Position numbers and translations under genes: made by a program. From assembly GCA_000004985.1 (NCBI GenBank), contig GG738870.1: a DNA stretch of 64,000 bases. One strand, 5' to 3'. The notes beneath the pieces are model-generated. The model was not told the origin of the DNA. It saw nothing but the letters and a program-made list of their open reading frames with translations, and ran no database searches. Below are positions 34,504 to 48,100 of the stretch, in pieces (the first letter of the stretch is position 1; every line of letters begins with the position of its first letter). This DNA is from Naegleria gruberi. Taxonomy: Eukaryota.

Positions 34504-36084
34504 TTAAATGATATTATCGGAGGGAGGGAAAAGTCCAGTAATGAAAACTTCTAATCTATTTGAAACCAATGATTGATACTGAATTTCACTCAATCTCCTC
34601 ATTGTTCCAGCCATTTTAGGAAAGATGGATCTACATTCATTAGCTAGCTTTCTGTTATTTGAGAAGAGAGGGCGGCCATTGTAGTTTCTGTGTGAAAAGC
34701 AAGCTGTTAGTAAATAATAAATATTGTACAATAGATGAATGCAATCATAGCAACCAACATCTGAAAAATGTTCAAATTGACTAAGTTTCTCCTGTGCGAA
34801 TTGGATAGTTTTTAAAATTAGTTCAGCCTCAATCTTTTCATTGGAATTATGTACAATTTGAGAAACATTCATTGGATTGTCAATGACTCTAGTGAGGATG
34901 GGTAAGAGTAATCTCTTGAATAGCTTATTTACAAGTAGTGAGTGATGAGTCCACGACAAGGTTGATACAAATTGTGAGAATGTTGGTGTCAAGACTGAGG
35001 TGATGATTGTTGAAATACTGCTTGTGTCAAAATCATCATATTTGAATATTTGACAAAGTGTAGCAATTACTTTTTCTTGTGTTGGAAATTCTCTTTCCAT
35101 TCTTTCTAATAAATTATGGATTAGTGGTAATATTTTCCCAAAGCTTAAAGGATCTACAATATTCATGTTGTATTCAGTCTTGAAGGAAAGTACTTTGATT
35201 GAAAAGTAGGTACGTAATAGAAATACAGTTGCTTCGAATAGCTCTTCCTCTGTTAAATCATCAATTTTAGATGAAATAAAATCCAAACATTTCTCCATAT
35301 TGAAAGCAATAGATGTTATTACATGTTGAGGCAGATTATAATATTGAAATTGCTCAACCCTACCCTCAAAATTGTAAGAGATTGCAAATTTTTGGAGTAA
35401 ATGCTTCATAGATGGAATGTTATCGATTTTTGATTCATTCAATGTCTTAATATCCTCCTTCGATAGATTGTTAGATGTTAAGAGATCTATATCTACGAGA
35501 AAATATTTTGTAATGTCCTTTTCCAAACAATCCTTCCTCATTTTCTCACAATGATCTCCATAACTAATTGTATTTTCTGAAAGATTCAAATCATCTATTA
35601 ATTCAGATCCAAAATATTTTGACATGATTTCTTTCTTTTCGTCTTTAGTAAGAACCGTTTTTGATTTTTTATCCAGCTCCTCAATTTGTCTATCTAGCTC
35701 AGCATGGAGCTTCATAATTCGTTTGTTTTCATCAAAATCCCTTACACTATCCATTATTTCTTTCAATCCTCTTTCAAAATAATCATCATTCACAATAACA
35801 GATTCATCCCACCTTTGCTGATGTGATGATGGTTTAATTGGGCTCAAGGAAAGAGGATCATAAAATAACAAATCATCACTTGCAATACTTAAATGACTAA
35901 TGGATTTTTTGTCAATCTTTTTCTTAAAACAAGACAGACTCATGGAAGATCCTAATTTCTCTCTCATCAAAGCTGGTTTCCGATTGACAGTGTCTCGTAA
36001 GCAAGCAAAATGCCGATGAGAAAGCGGTTGCAATGAATTTGTATTTGAAGTGGTGGTGAGTGAATTATTTTTGTGTGGCGTCAT
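34504..36084 (-). CDS. Hypothetical 526-aa protein
   Basis: Intact ORF. No recognisable domain. Confidence 0.45.
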   Translation of the reverse strand: MTPHKNNSLTTTSNTNSLQPLSHRHFACLRDTVNRKPALMREKLGSSMSLSCFKKKIDKKSISHLSIASDDLLFYDPLSLSPIKPSSHQQRWDESVIVNDDYFERGLKEIMDSVRDFDENKRIMKLHAELDRQIEELDKKSKTVLTKDEKKEIMSKYFGSELIDDLNLSENTISYGDHCEKMRKDCLEKDITKYFLVDIDLLTSNNLSKEDIKTLNESKIDNIPSMKHLLQKFAISYNFEGRVEQFQYYNLPQHVITSIAFNMEKCLDFISSKIDDLTEEELFEATVFLLRTYFSIKVLSFKTEYNMNIVDPLSFGKILPLIHNLLERMEREFPTQEKVIATLCQIFKYDDFDTSSISTIITSVLTPTFSQFVSTLSWTHHSLLVNKLFKRLLLPILTRVIDNPMNVSQIVHNSNEKIEAELILKTIQFAQEKLSQFEHFSDVGCYDCIHLLYNIYYLLTACFSHRNYNGRPLFSNNRKLANECRSIFPKMAGTMRRLSEIQYQSLVSNRLEVFITGLFPPSDNII

Positions 36085-36922
36085 TTTTTTTAGTTTTTGT
36101 TGTTTTGGTGGAATCGAGTAGACACTGGAACAACAATAAATTATTGTTCTGTTGAATCATTTCAAAATTCAATTCCAATGCTTGTTTTTTTCAGATACTG
36201 ATGGTTCATTGTGTGGTCATGCTTCAAATGCTTTGTGAGTATTATCTCATTCAAGCCTTTCAAAGATGAAACACAAGAAGACACCTTCTAGATGATCTTC
36301 AAATCAACACAACATTAATTACTTCCACAATATTATCCCATTGCATTAAAATTAATATTATTATTGGAAAGATATTATATTCTATTTTATTGGCCCTTTC
36401 TGTTTGTTCCAGTATTAATATGCTTACATGAATTGCCTCTTAATTGGTCTACAATAGCACTAAGAAAGAAATTCAAAATTCTTAGAGGAGTTCTTTTCAG
36501 TTTTACAATATCTCTGGCTGTTATCATATTTGGAATTTGTGTGGTAATGTTAGTGTGACTGAAAGATATGGAAATGCTACCACCACAGGTTATTTGACAT
36601 TAATTTCAATCATTTGATAACTTACCCTCTGAACACTCCCAAAAAAAACATCTGTATTTTGACAGAACTCGAATTCTTAGGTGAATGAACCAAAACTTTT
36701 GTTCTTTTACATTTTCAATAAAACGCTAGAAAATCAAACAAGTGCTATCATCAACTATCAATGTGCAAAAATATTGGTAAAAAAAGCGAACACATCATCT
36801 TCTGTAGTTTCGCCGATTGTTGTTGTTCATTCATTTGGAAAACATAATATTTTGATCAACAAGTTTTATTGATCAAAGAGTTTAATTTATTCAATTTATC
36901 CATACAATTATTGTACAAAAAG

Positions 36923-39900
36923 ATGCCTCCAAGAAGAACAAGATCATCAGGTAAAAAGCGATCCACTAAATATGTAGATTATTCATCGACTGATGCTGAG
37001 GAAGATCTTGATGAATATGTTACATCTGATGAGGAAGAAAAACCAAAAGTAAAGGCACCATCACGTGTTCCTAAAAAGAAATTAAAAAAGACAACAGAGG
37101 AACGTATTAAAGAAGTAGTCGGAGATTCACAAAATGTTGAAGAGGAAAAAATGATGAAATGGTTGATGAAGGTGAATCTGCCAATATCAATACTAAACGT
37201 TTATTGGATGCCAGAAGTAAAAAAGCTAAAAGAATGGATTGGGTAAGTTGTTATCTGTGAGTGACGAAGAATTAATATCTTTTGATTGATTTCTGATAGG
37301 AACAAGGATTTTTCTATTTGCCAAAATTTGATTGTTATTTACCAAGACATATTCTACACATGATACTTGAATATGTACCTCCATTCCCATACTTTTTAAA
37401 TATTAGAAGTATTTCGCAACAATGGTTGGACGATTTTGATACTGTTATTTGTCAAAATGTAAAAGAACTTGACTTGGTTCAAAGAAATGATATTGATTAT
37501 GAATTAGTGAGATACAAGTTTCCGTGGTATGATTCAAATTGTACCACTAGAAGAAACAATGACTGTATTAGATTCTTAGCAATTTTATTTCCTAACATTG
37601 AAAAGTTAATTGTTCCTGCTATTGGTGCCACTGTTCGTGTTCCTAATAATATCTTGAAACTTTTCCACAAGTTACAAACTATGGAGATATTTTATGTTTC
37701 CCCACTTACTTTGGATGTTAGCTATAATCCTGCTGAAATTCCTCTCACTTATAGACAAGATATTACAAATATTCAAAACATTACTTATAATAGATATTTG
37801 ACGCAATTTACTTCATCCCTTGTCATGGTAAAAGATGACAACTCATCTCTTATTACATTATCAAATTCACTTATTCCTGAGAATGTAATTTCTTTATTTA
37901 AGTATCTTGTAAAGGAGCAACACTTCTCTCTCAAGAGATTGAATGTTCTATCATTGCCAGAAAATCTGTATAGCAAGGCATTGATTGACTTTATTTTAGA
38001 AGAAAATGTAAAGCATGTAGAAAGAGGATATGGCTCTCCAGAGCTTACCACAGGTTCAAATAGTATTTATATTACCAATGAAGAAATTGCTGATTACATG
38101 TATGAAAAGCAATTTTTCAAAACTCTAATCTCTCCAACAGATATTACATCATACGATTGGGATTTTATTTCTCAAATCTTATCTGGTGTATCCAATCTCC
38201 AAGTATTTAAAATGTTATTTGAACAGGCTAATTTTCCACTAGTTTTTGATGCAGAAATCAACCCATTATTATGGTTAATTCAGAACAATGTATCCAGACA
38301 ATTACCACAAATTATTGAATTCTTATGTACTCGTAATCCATCACTTGTCACATTAGGTAATTCTAAAGGATTTTTGAATGGAGATGAAAAAAATGTAAAT
38401 ATTTTACATTTATACATCACATGTAGTAATGAATACGAAATTAATGAGGATGTAATTGCAACCTTAATCAAGATTGGTTGTGATATCAAGTTTGTTTGTC
38501 CAACAACAGGTAACAATCTCATTCATATTCATCCATGCTCTCCATGTATGTTTATTTTTAATTATTTGACTATTCTAACTCTTAATAGCTCTTATTGATG
38601 CATTACCAGTAGACTTTATTCAAATGAAAAATAATAAGGGTTTTAACCCTTTAGAACGTTTAATCAAAAGAATTGAAATTGAAAATAATATCAGGAATAA
38701 TGATATTTTTTCTGCAATTGATGCATTTGGTAAAGTTTACACAAAATTTGGTTTACCAATCAATGATTTGAAATTTGATAAGAATCAAAACTTACTTCAC
38801 AAATTTATTATCATATCAAAAAATACTGGTATTGTTAACAAATTGATTACTCACGGAGTTGACGCTAATGCTATTGATGAAAGTGGAAATATTCCACTAT
38901 TCTACTATTTAGAAAATGGTTGGCGATCAGATATAGATTTTACAGCAATTATGAATGCAATTTCAGAAGAAACATTGACTAAACAGTTTAACAACAAATC
39001 TTTACTGACCAATGTAATAGAGAGATTCCAACCAGACGAAGCGAATAATTCATTTTACTATTTTGGTAGCTCTTCCTCCAGTAATATTTCAACTCTCGAT
39101 TTGATAGAAAGTCTTCTCTCTAGAGGATGTAATCTAAATGAAGCTCTTTCAGAATTATCTGGAACATATTATGAAAAGGATAATCTTGAACTCAACAGAC
39201 CTATATTTTTGATGCAACTTCTACACTCCATTAGCTCTTCAACCTTGGAAACATTAAGAAAAATCTTTAAACGTTTTGATGATTTTGAAGATATTCTTAT
39301 CAAGCCATGCACTGTGAAAGGTACCCTCATCTCACCACTTTTGTATTTATTATCAATGTGGAAAAACTTTAGATCCAATAGACAAACTGAACTTCATCAA
39401 ACTTTCCACTCTGATGACCCCCTCATTCCTGCAAAATTACTAGAAAACATTATTGACATTCCAAACAAGAAAATCGATGCACTCTTTTACACAATCATAT
39501 CTAGTTCATCTGCTGTAAATTGGCAATATCTTGAAGGTATTTTGGGCGTAACAATTGATACCACATCAGGAGCTTGGTGGTATAGACCAACAAAATTTAC
39601 AGATATTGCAACAAACCTTGCATCCTACAGATATGAAGATGAAGTTTTTGGCAATATTAATGTTGTCCAACTCGCAACAATTATGGGAGCAGACCATTTT
39701 CTCAGACAAATTGAGCAAGTTTTCTCTCAAGCCAACTCTATCCATGTATTAGATACTCTCACCAACGAGCCATTCAAAAATGGTACATCAGTTTTAGATG
39801 AACTAGCAAAGAGAGGACTATTTACTGTTGGAAATATCTTTGTGCGCAAGACTAAAAGTCAATCCAATCCAATAGAATGGACAACGAAACATTTCAGATT

Positions 39901-40984
39901 AGCATTCGAATCAAATAATTTTGAATTCTGTTATCAAACTATTGCCAACTCATTAGATTACATGAATGACTTTACAAAGGAAGAGATTTTACAAATACTC
40001 ATTGGATGTATTGTAGAAGGAAAAAATAGATACATGGAGGATAAGACTTCTCAATTAAGCATTGCCGATTTAATAGCAAACCACTTTAATGGTTTGACTC
40101 CTGAAGAGAGGTTTAAGATGTTTAGTACACGTTTCCAAATTACTGTAAACAAAGAGAGAAAAGATGAAACCCCAGCTTATCAACATTACAGTAATAATTG
40201 GGAAAGCATTTTAGGATCAGCCCTATTTGAAGCCAAGACTGCTTGGTCCAAGACACAAGCCCTCAATTCACCAGAGCCAAAGGAATACTATCTCAGTCTC
40301 TTTGATATATGTTATTTGAAAGGTTTAATTTATCTCTTTTTATATCTTGCACTTGAGGATACAACTGGTAGAAAGAAGAAGAATATTCTTGTACATTCAG
40401 AGCTGAGTCAAGACATTTTAATTTCTTGGCTGACTACTAAGTGTGAAGCTACAGGGAAAACTTGCCTCCACATTATTTGTGAAGATTCTACTCATAATTA
40501 CTATTCTGATAATTATTCATGCAAATGTGATATGATTAATGATTTGGTCAAATATCTTTCCTCAATTGATAGAGAAGATGTGTTTAATATTCAAGATAAT
40601 GAAGGTAGAACTGCAGCCTTTTATGCACTAGAATCAGGAAACTGTGTTGAAACCTTTTTCAAGGCAACAGACCTTTCCATTAAGAATAATAATGGTGAAA
40701 CTGTTAAAGATCTCCTAGATGATCAAGAAAAGGTAACCTATGCCAGATTCTTTGAGGTAAAAGAAGAGAAGAAAGAAAAACCAAAACCAAAGAAACCAGC
40801 CCCAAGAAAAAAGAAAAAGAAATCCAGTGAAGAGGAAGAGGAAGAAGAAGAAAAACCAAAGAGAAGAAGCACCAGAAGAAAAAAGAAGCAAGAAAGCAGT
40901 GATGAAGAGGCTGAAATGGATGATAGCGATGACGATTACGAAGATAAACCAAGAAAGAAGAGAGCAACCAGAAAGAGAAAATAA
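36923..40984 (+). CDS. Large F-box / ankyrin-repeat protein with a basic-acidic N-terminus and a poly-K/poly-E C-terminal tail; 3 exons (~36923-37242, 37300-38545, 38589-40984). Exon 1 needs a 1-nt frame correction in an A6 run.
   Basis: Four ORF-track ORFs join: the A6 run at ~37147-37152 shifts frame to ...KRLLDARSKKAKRMDW. A GTAAGT...gatag intron (57 nt) leads to EQGFFYLPKFDCYLPRHILHMILEYVPP (F-box). A GTATGT...taatag intron (43 nt) leads to LIDALPVDFIQMKNNKGFNPLERL..., with ankyrin repeats (...GNIPLFYYLENG, ...EGRTAAFYALESGN). The C-terminal KKKKKSSEEEEEEEEKPKRR is lysine/glutamate-rich. Confidence 0.55.
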
Positions 40985-41006
40985 ATATACTGTTATTATT
41001 ATCTTT

Positions 41007-42053
41007 CTAAGATGCACTTAACTTTCTGTAAACTATGGAAGGGCCAAAATCTGAGAAATCCTTATGCGAAATCCATTTTTGGTGGAATGTCGATAATGAA
41101 GTTAATATTGATCCTCCAATCCATACACTCTTTTCACGATCAGGTGGTGTTATCACTCTACTTTTAAGTGTTGGAGCTGCAATTGCCCATTTTTCTTTCA
41201 TTTGTTCTTGCAATTTTGCATCAAATCCTGCCATTAGTGAGCTTCCTCCACCCAGAACAGTGTTGTTAACAAACAAATATCTTTGGTCAATCTCAGCACT
41301 GAGAGCAGATTTTAGTATCATATCAGGTATAGATAATTCATCTCCACAAATAGGGCTTGGATCAAACAATAAATTAGCTGCCCTAACAGATTCATCACCA
41401 ATTTCGACTGTTCCACCACCAGGTAAATCATAAATCTTATCACTGGAATCTCCCTTACAATTACACAATTTTTCCTTAATATTATTTACAATTTTCTTAT
41501 TGAAATTCAACTTTCCACTCTCTTTCAATAACTTCATAAGATAGAGTGTGATATCACTTCCTCCAAAATCACTTCTATACAATCCTCTTGTCATCAAATA
41601 ACCCTCATTAATTGGCAAAGCATGACAAGTACCATCTCCGCACATAATAGACAAAGCACTTCCTCTCCCAGATGCATAAATGTTCAATAAACCTTCCCAA
41701 ACAAATTGTGTATAGGGAACTTGAAACGATTCAAATAGAACCTCCACCATTCTTTCTCTATTCGATTTTGGATTTAATATGGTTTCAGTCAGTAAAACAG
41801 CAGAATCTGATGGATTACAACTAACAGCTTGATAAGCATGATTCCAAACTGTTTCCATTCGTTCCCAATCTAAAACAATTCCTCTCTCCATCGGACTCAC
41901 ATAATTATCATCATTGCCATGATCAGAACCCACAACTACTTGATGATCATCAAGTGAAACAATGGATCTACATTTGTATTCACAATCATCTTCTCCCGAT
42001 CGCCCAATCCTGCAATAATAACCTCCATTATCTATCACATATGAATTTTCCAT
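41007..42053 (-). CDS. Actin-family protein (divergent actin / actin-related protein), single exon, 348 aa
   Basis: Collinear with actin: PMERGIVLDWERMETVWNHAY, VLLTETILNPKSNRERMVEVLFESFQVP, CGDGTCHALPINEGY, GGSDITLYLMKLL, IGGSILTSLSTFHQKWISHKDF. Confidence 0.8.
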   Translation of the reverse strand: MENSYVIDNGGYYCRIGRSGEDDCEYKCRSIVSLDDHQVVVGSDHGNDDNYVSPMERGIVLDWERMETVWNHAYQAVSCNPSDSAVLLTETILNPKSNRERMVEVLFESFQVPYTQFVWEGLLNIYASGRGSALSIMCGDGTCHALPINEGYLMTRGLYRSDFGGSDITLYLMKLLKESGKLNFNKKIVNNIKEKLCNCKGDSSDKIYDLPGGGTVEIGDESVRAANLLFDPSPICGDELSIPDMILKSALSAEIDQRYLFVNNTVLGGGSSLMAGFDAKLQEQMKEKWAIAAPTLKSRVITPPDREKSVWIGGSILTSLSTFHQKWISHKDFSDFGPSIVYRKLSAS

Positions 42054-42266
42054 TTTTTTATTTTCTTTCTTTTAATGTTATCCGGTGATGTGTTCGATAG
42101 TTCGATAATCTACATCAATTTAGAACATTAAGTTGTCTATTTTGAGGCAACAACATCAAAGCTTCCGGTTCTTTCTTCATCTTTAGGCAGATTTTAATGT
42201 CAAAGTATTTTTTAAAGTTTAGATTTTACGAGTTCGAGTTGGCATTAGAATTTTAATTCAAAAAAA

Positions 42267-43786
42267 ATGTCGCAACTCAAAACTCCTATGAAAAGCCATG
42301 AAAAATATGTGATTATTCATCTTGATTTGGATTGTTTTTATGCTCAAGTTGAGGAGGTTGAAAATCCAAAATATAGAGATCTTCCTCTTGGTATTCAACA
42401 AAATCAAACAATTTCAACAGTCAACTATTGTGGTAGAATCAAGTATAAAATACCTAAAATGACGAGAGTAAAGCAAGCCCTTGAAATGTGTCCAGAATTG
42501 ATTGTAATACCAGCAAGAATGGAAATTTACAGAGAAGAAAGTAGAAAGATCTTTGATGAATGTATTGGAGAGTGTGTTAATTCATTTCATGGAGATTGTG
42601 TATTGGAAGTTTGTGGAATTGATGAAGCTTATATCAATGTGACTGATGAAGTAAATTGGAGATTGGAAAATGCCACAGAGCTTGGAATTGATGTGAAAGA
42701 TCATAGAGGCAGAAAAGTATCCAAATCAGTCAATTCACAGGATAATCATCTTAATATTGGATCTCAAATTGCAGAGGAAATTAGATGTAATGTATTCAAT
42801 AGCTTGGGTTATACAATCAGTGCTGGAATAGCCCATTCAAAATTTCTCTCCAAACTTGCCTCTAAAAAACAAAAACCAAATGGACAAGCATTAATCTATT
42901 CAGAATCATTTGATGAAGAAATTAACTCTCAAGATGTTTCCATAATTCCCAATGTTGGATATACCACAAAACAAAAATTAGCTGAATTATGCCAAATAAG
43001 TACAGTCAAGCAATTACGAGCACAGACCTATGTGAATATTATCAAATGTTTCAATTCGGATAAGGCTGCAATCAAGGTATTGAACATTGCCAATGGAAAG
43101 TTTGATGAAGAATATGATAGAGTTGTTTCCAAAGGTCCTCCAAAATCTATTGGTTCTGAATTAACGTATGTAGAATTATATTATTATTATTTAACCTCCT
43201 AATCCATCATCTACTCTTAATCTCAAGATTTCTTACCATCCAAACTTATGAGGATTTTGAACAAAAGCTTCGGACCATCACTGGAGACTTGTTTACTCGT
43301 ATTCAAAGAGATTTGAAGAGGAATAGTAATCGATATGCAACCAAACTCACACTTCGTTATTGTCATGGAAGTTACAGAGATCCATATCATTCAGTCAGTT
43401 GCAAAATTACTTCCAACATTTATAATAATTTGAATAATTATGAGGAGAAGGATGAATCCAACATTCATAGTTTGGTCATCAAGATGTTCAAGCAAAAAGT
43501 TTCCCTTCCGTTCAAACTTCAAAGGATGGGAGTGAGTGTTTCTGACTTTGTTGAACCACCAAAATTTGCCACTCCGAAAACATCTACTATTGGTACAAGT
43601 AAAATTGTCAATGAAGAAGAGAAGAGAGAAGGAAATTTGTTGTCCTCATTTTCCCAACAGAGCAGCAACACGAATAAGAAGAGGAAAGCAGACTCTGTAA
43701 GCAATGGAAGTCAGGGAAGGCAAACAAGTATTACTAGTTTTCTAAAAAACAAAGGGGCCTCTCCAATAAAGAAGACAAAACAATAG
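42267..43786 (+). CDS. Y-family translesion DNA polymerase, closest to Pol iota; 2 exons (~42267-43165, 43228-43786; 62-nt intron), ~485 aa
   Basis: IIHLDLDCFYAQVEEVENPKYRDLPLGIQQNQTISTVNYCGR parallels Pol iota VDLDCFYAQVE...PLGVQQKYLVVTCNYEAR. The GTATGT...ctcaag intron keeps the frame into the 43289 ORF. Confidence 0.7.
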
Positions 43787-43973
43787 TTGTTTTACATTGA
43801 AAGAAATATTGTTGTTACCGTGTGATTTATCCCTTGGCAGCATTTTCTTTAAGACAGCATTGGAGAGGAAGCCTTCAAAGCAAAAATACCCTGCAAAATT
43901 TTCTATTGTAAAATAATATTGACGTACTCAACTCGAATTGCTGAAAAAATTTGTTGAAAAAAAATACATTAAA

Positions 43974-44666
43974 ATGAAGCTCAAGATCTCTGACCCTTCC
44001 ACCGGCATGACCAAGATGGTCGTTATTGAAGAAGATGCTGACATCAAATTGAGAGCCTTCTTTGACAGAAAGATGTCTGAAGAAGTTGAAGGTGACAACA
44101 TTGGTCCTGAATATAAGGGATACGTCTTCAAGATTGTTGGTGGTCAAGACAAGTCTGGTTTCGCCATGAAGCAAGGTATTTTGGCTAACACCAGAGTTAG
44201 ACTCCTCCTCGAAAGAGGTTCTATCGGCTTCCAAAAGTGGAGAGGTAGAGACGGTGAAAGAAGAAGAAAGTCCGTCAGAGGTTGTATTGTTGGTCCTGAT
44301 CTCTCAGTTTTGTGTTTGACTGTTGTCAAGAAGGGTGATGCTGAATTGCCAGGTATTACTGATTCCGTTAAACCAAGAACCCACGGTCCAAAGAGAGCCT
44401 CCAAGATTAGAAAGCTCTTCAACTTGACCAAGGCTGATGATGTCAGAAAGTACGTTATTAAACGTGAAAGAAAGGTCGCCAAGAACAAGAAGGTTCTCAA
44501 GGGTGTTAAGGTCCAAAGATTGGTTACTCCAGACAGAATTAGAAGAAAGGCCAAGGAAATCAAGAGAAGTATTAAGAGAGTTGCTGCTTCCAAGAGCGAA
44601 AAGAAGGCTTATGCTAAGCTTTTGGCTAAGAGAAAGTCTGAAACCACAAAGGCTACTACCCACTAA
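43974..44666 (+). CDS. RPS6: 40S ribosomal protein S6, single exon, 230 aa
   Basis: MKLKISDPSTGMTKMVVIEEDADIKLRAFFDRKMSEEVEGDNIGPEYKGYVFKIVGGQDKSGFAMKQGIL... is collinear with eS6. Strong optimal-codon bias (AAG, AGA, GGT, CCA). The ORF-track 43938 start is upstream of the true ATG. Confidence 0.95.
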   Translation: MKLKISDPSTGMTKMVVIEEDADIKLRAFFDRKMSEEVEGDNIGPEYKGYVFKIVGGQDKSGFAMKQGILANTRVRLLLERGSIGFQKWRGRDGERRRKSVRGCIVGPDLSVLCLTVVKKGDAELPGITDSVKPRTHGPKRASKIRKLFNLTKADDVRKYVIKRERKVAKNKKVLKGVKVQRLVTPDRIRRKAKEIKRSIKRVAASKSEKKAYAKLLAKRKSETTKATTH

Positions 44667-44804
44667 ATCATTTTCCTTCCAAAATATAAACACAAAAAAT
44701 TCTAAAATTAATTTATTTTATTGTTAAGATATTTAACATTGAAATGGCTTACTGATGTTGTGATTAAATAAGCTGGGTTGTGACTACTTAAACTTTGATT
44801 AATC

Positions 44805-45870
44805 TTATTGATAGTTTATTTCAATGTCATCTTCGGAATCATCTTCGTAATGTTGTTGGAATTGCCCAAAACTAACTTCTTCATCCTCTTCCTCGTCATC
44901 ATTGTAGTTTGTTTGAGTGATTGGATTGATGGTTGGTGTAGTTATTTGTGAGAGTGGTTCTTCAGTCTTTTCCTTAATAGTTGATTGTGAAACACTATTG
45001 CTAGTTGAACTGTTGTTGATTTGATTTGGAGCAACTTGTTTGGAAATCAAATTATTAGATTGAGGAGTATTATTATTGGTTGAGGTGGATGGTTGAGTGA
45101 CAATTGGAATGTCAACTTCTTCCTTCAAAGGTTGAAAAGTTGTGAAATTATTATTCAAATTAACATTATTGAATTGGTTCATTACTTCCATAAATTTGTC
45201 TTGTTGTGTTGTTTCAAAAGTACTTTGATTATTAATAACAGTTGCTGTTGCAGTTGATTGAGTTTGTCTAGGTGTTTCAGAACCTGTTGGCTCCCTATGA
45301 ATATTCCTATAGGAGGTATCTTTGAATTTAGAATAGACAGTTTGTTCATCCTTGTGCAGAATTGTTGTTGCATTCTCTAGTGATTGATTTAGGTAGGATT
45401 CCAATTCATCATGATGTGACAAACCTCCATGTTTATGATCTAAAATTGTCTTCTCCTGACGAATAATTCTACTCTCATCCATTTGATCATCAATAATATG
45501 TGTGGTGGAGGGATTATTATAAAGATCATAGTCATCATCATCATTCTGAATCGGAATTGCCTCCAATTAATAGTGATGAAGTTTCGTCTCTTGTTGGTGG
45601 TTTTACATCTACTATTGCAGATTGTTGTGAAGGTACAATTCCAAATAATAACAAGAAGGGAGCAAATAATTGATAGAGACATCCCGAATTAACCATTGTC
45701 ATATCACTTTCGTATTGTTTTAATTTGTTGTGAGCAATTTGTTGTTTCTGTTGTTGGATATTCACATTACTAGTATCTAGTGCTGCAATGTTCATAGGAG
45801 GTGTATCATCAGAACTTTTTGACAGTTTAGTTTCTGTCTGACTGTTGTTGGTCTTGTCATCGTGGGTCAT
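44805..45870 (-). CDS. Ser/Thr/Asn/Gln-rich low-complexity protein with one TM helix; two ORFs overlapping by 25 nt in different frames, probably one gene with a frameshift or an unresolved splice
   Basis: ORF 45541-45870 (...LFAPFLLLFGIVPSQQ...NSDSE*) and ORF 44805-45566 (TTG start; first ATG internal) lie on the same strand and overlap. Confidence 0.35.
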
Positions 45871-45981
45871 TTTGTTTTCAAAGATGAAAAATCCAATGGA
45901 CTATTATAAATCGTAATCAATTACATTTACAAAAAAATTAATTTTAATGTGTGATAGCATTGTTGGGTTTATAAAAATCAA

Positions 45982-47792
<1,811 letters not shown>

Positions 47793-48100
47793 TTTTTAAA
47801 TATTTGAAATCACCAAAAGAACCAAAGCCAGCCTTGAAGCAAAATTTAGACAAAAACAAAAATACAACAAGCCTGCCCGCACTGCTTAAAAGTTTTATAA
47901 AATCTTCAATTATGGAGGATATTGAATTGAATCAATTATTGTTGTTGGCATTATTAAATTTTAAAATACAAGGAAAGAAAACTACTTGAAATCCTTACTA
48001 CTTGATAATGATTTCAAATCACTGACATATCCCAATCAAAATCTTGATCACAAGAAGATAAATCTTTTGTAATGCAACATGTCCGTGATTTTGAAATGGC

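Noticed and set aside
43875-44693. Minus-strand ORFs (119-149 aa) overlapping RPS6
   Set aside because: Antisense to a highly conserved ribosomal protein CDS with strong codon bias.
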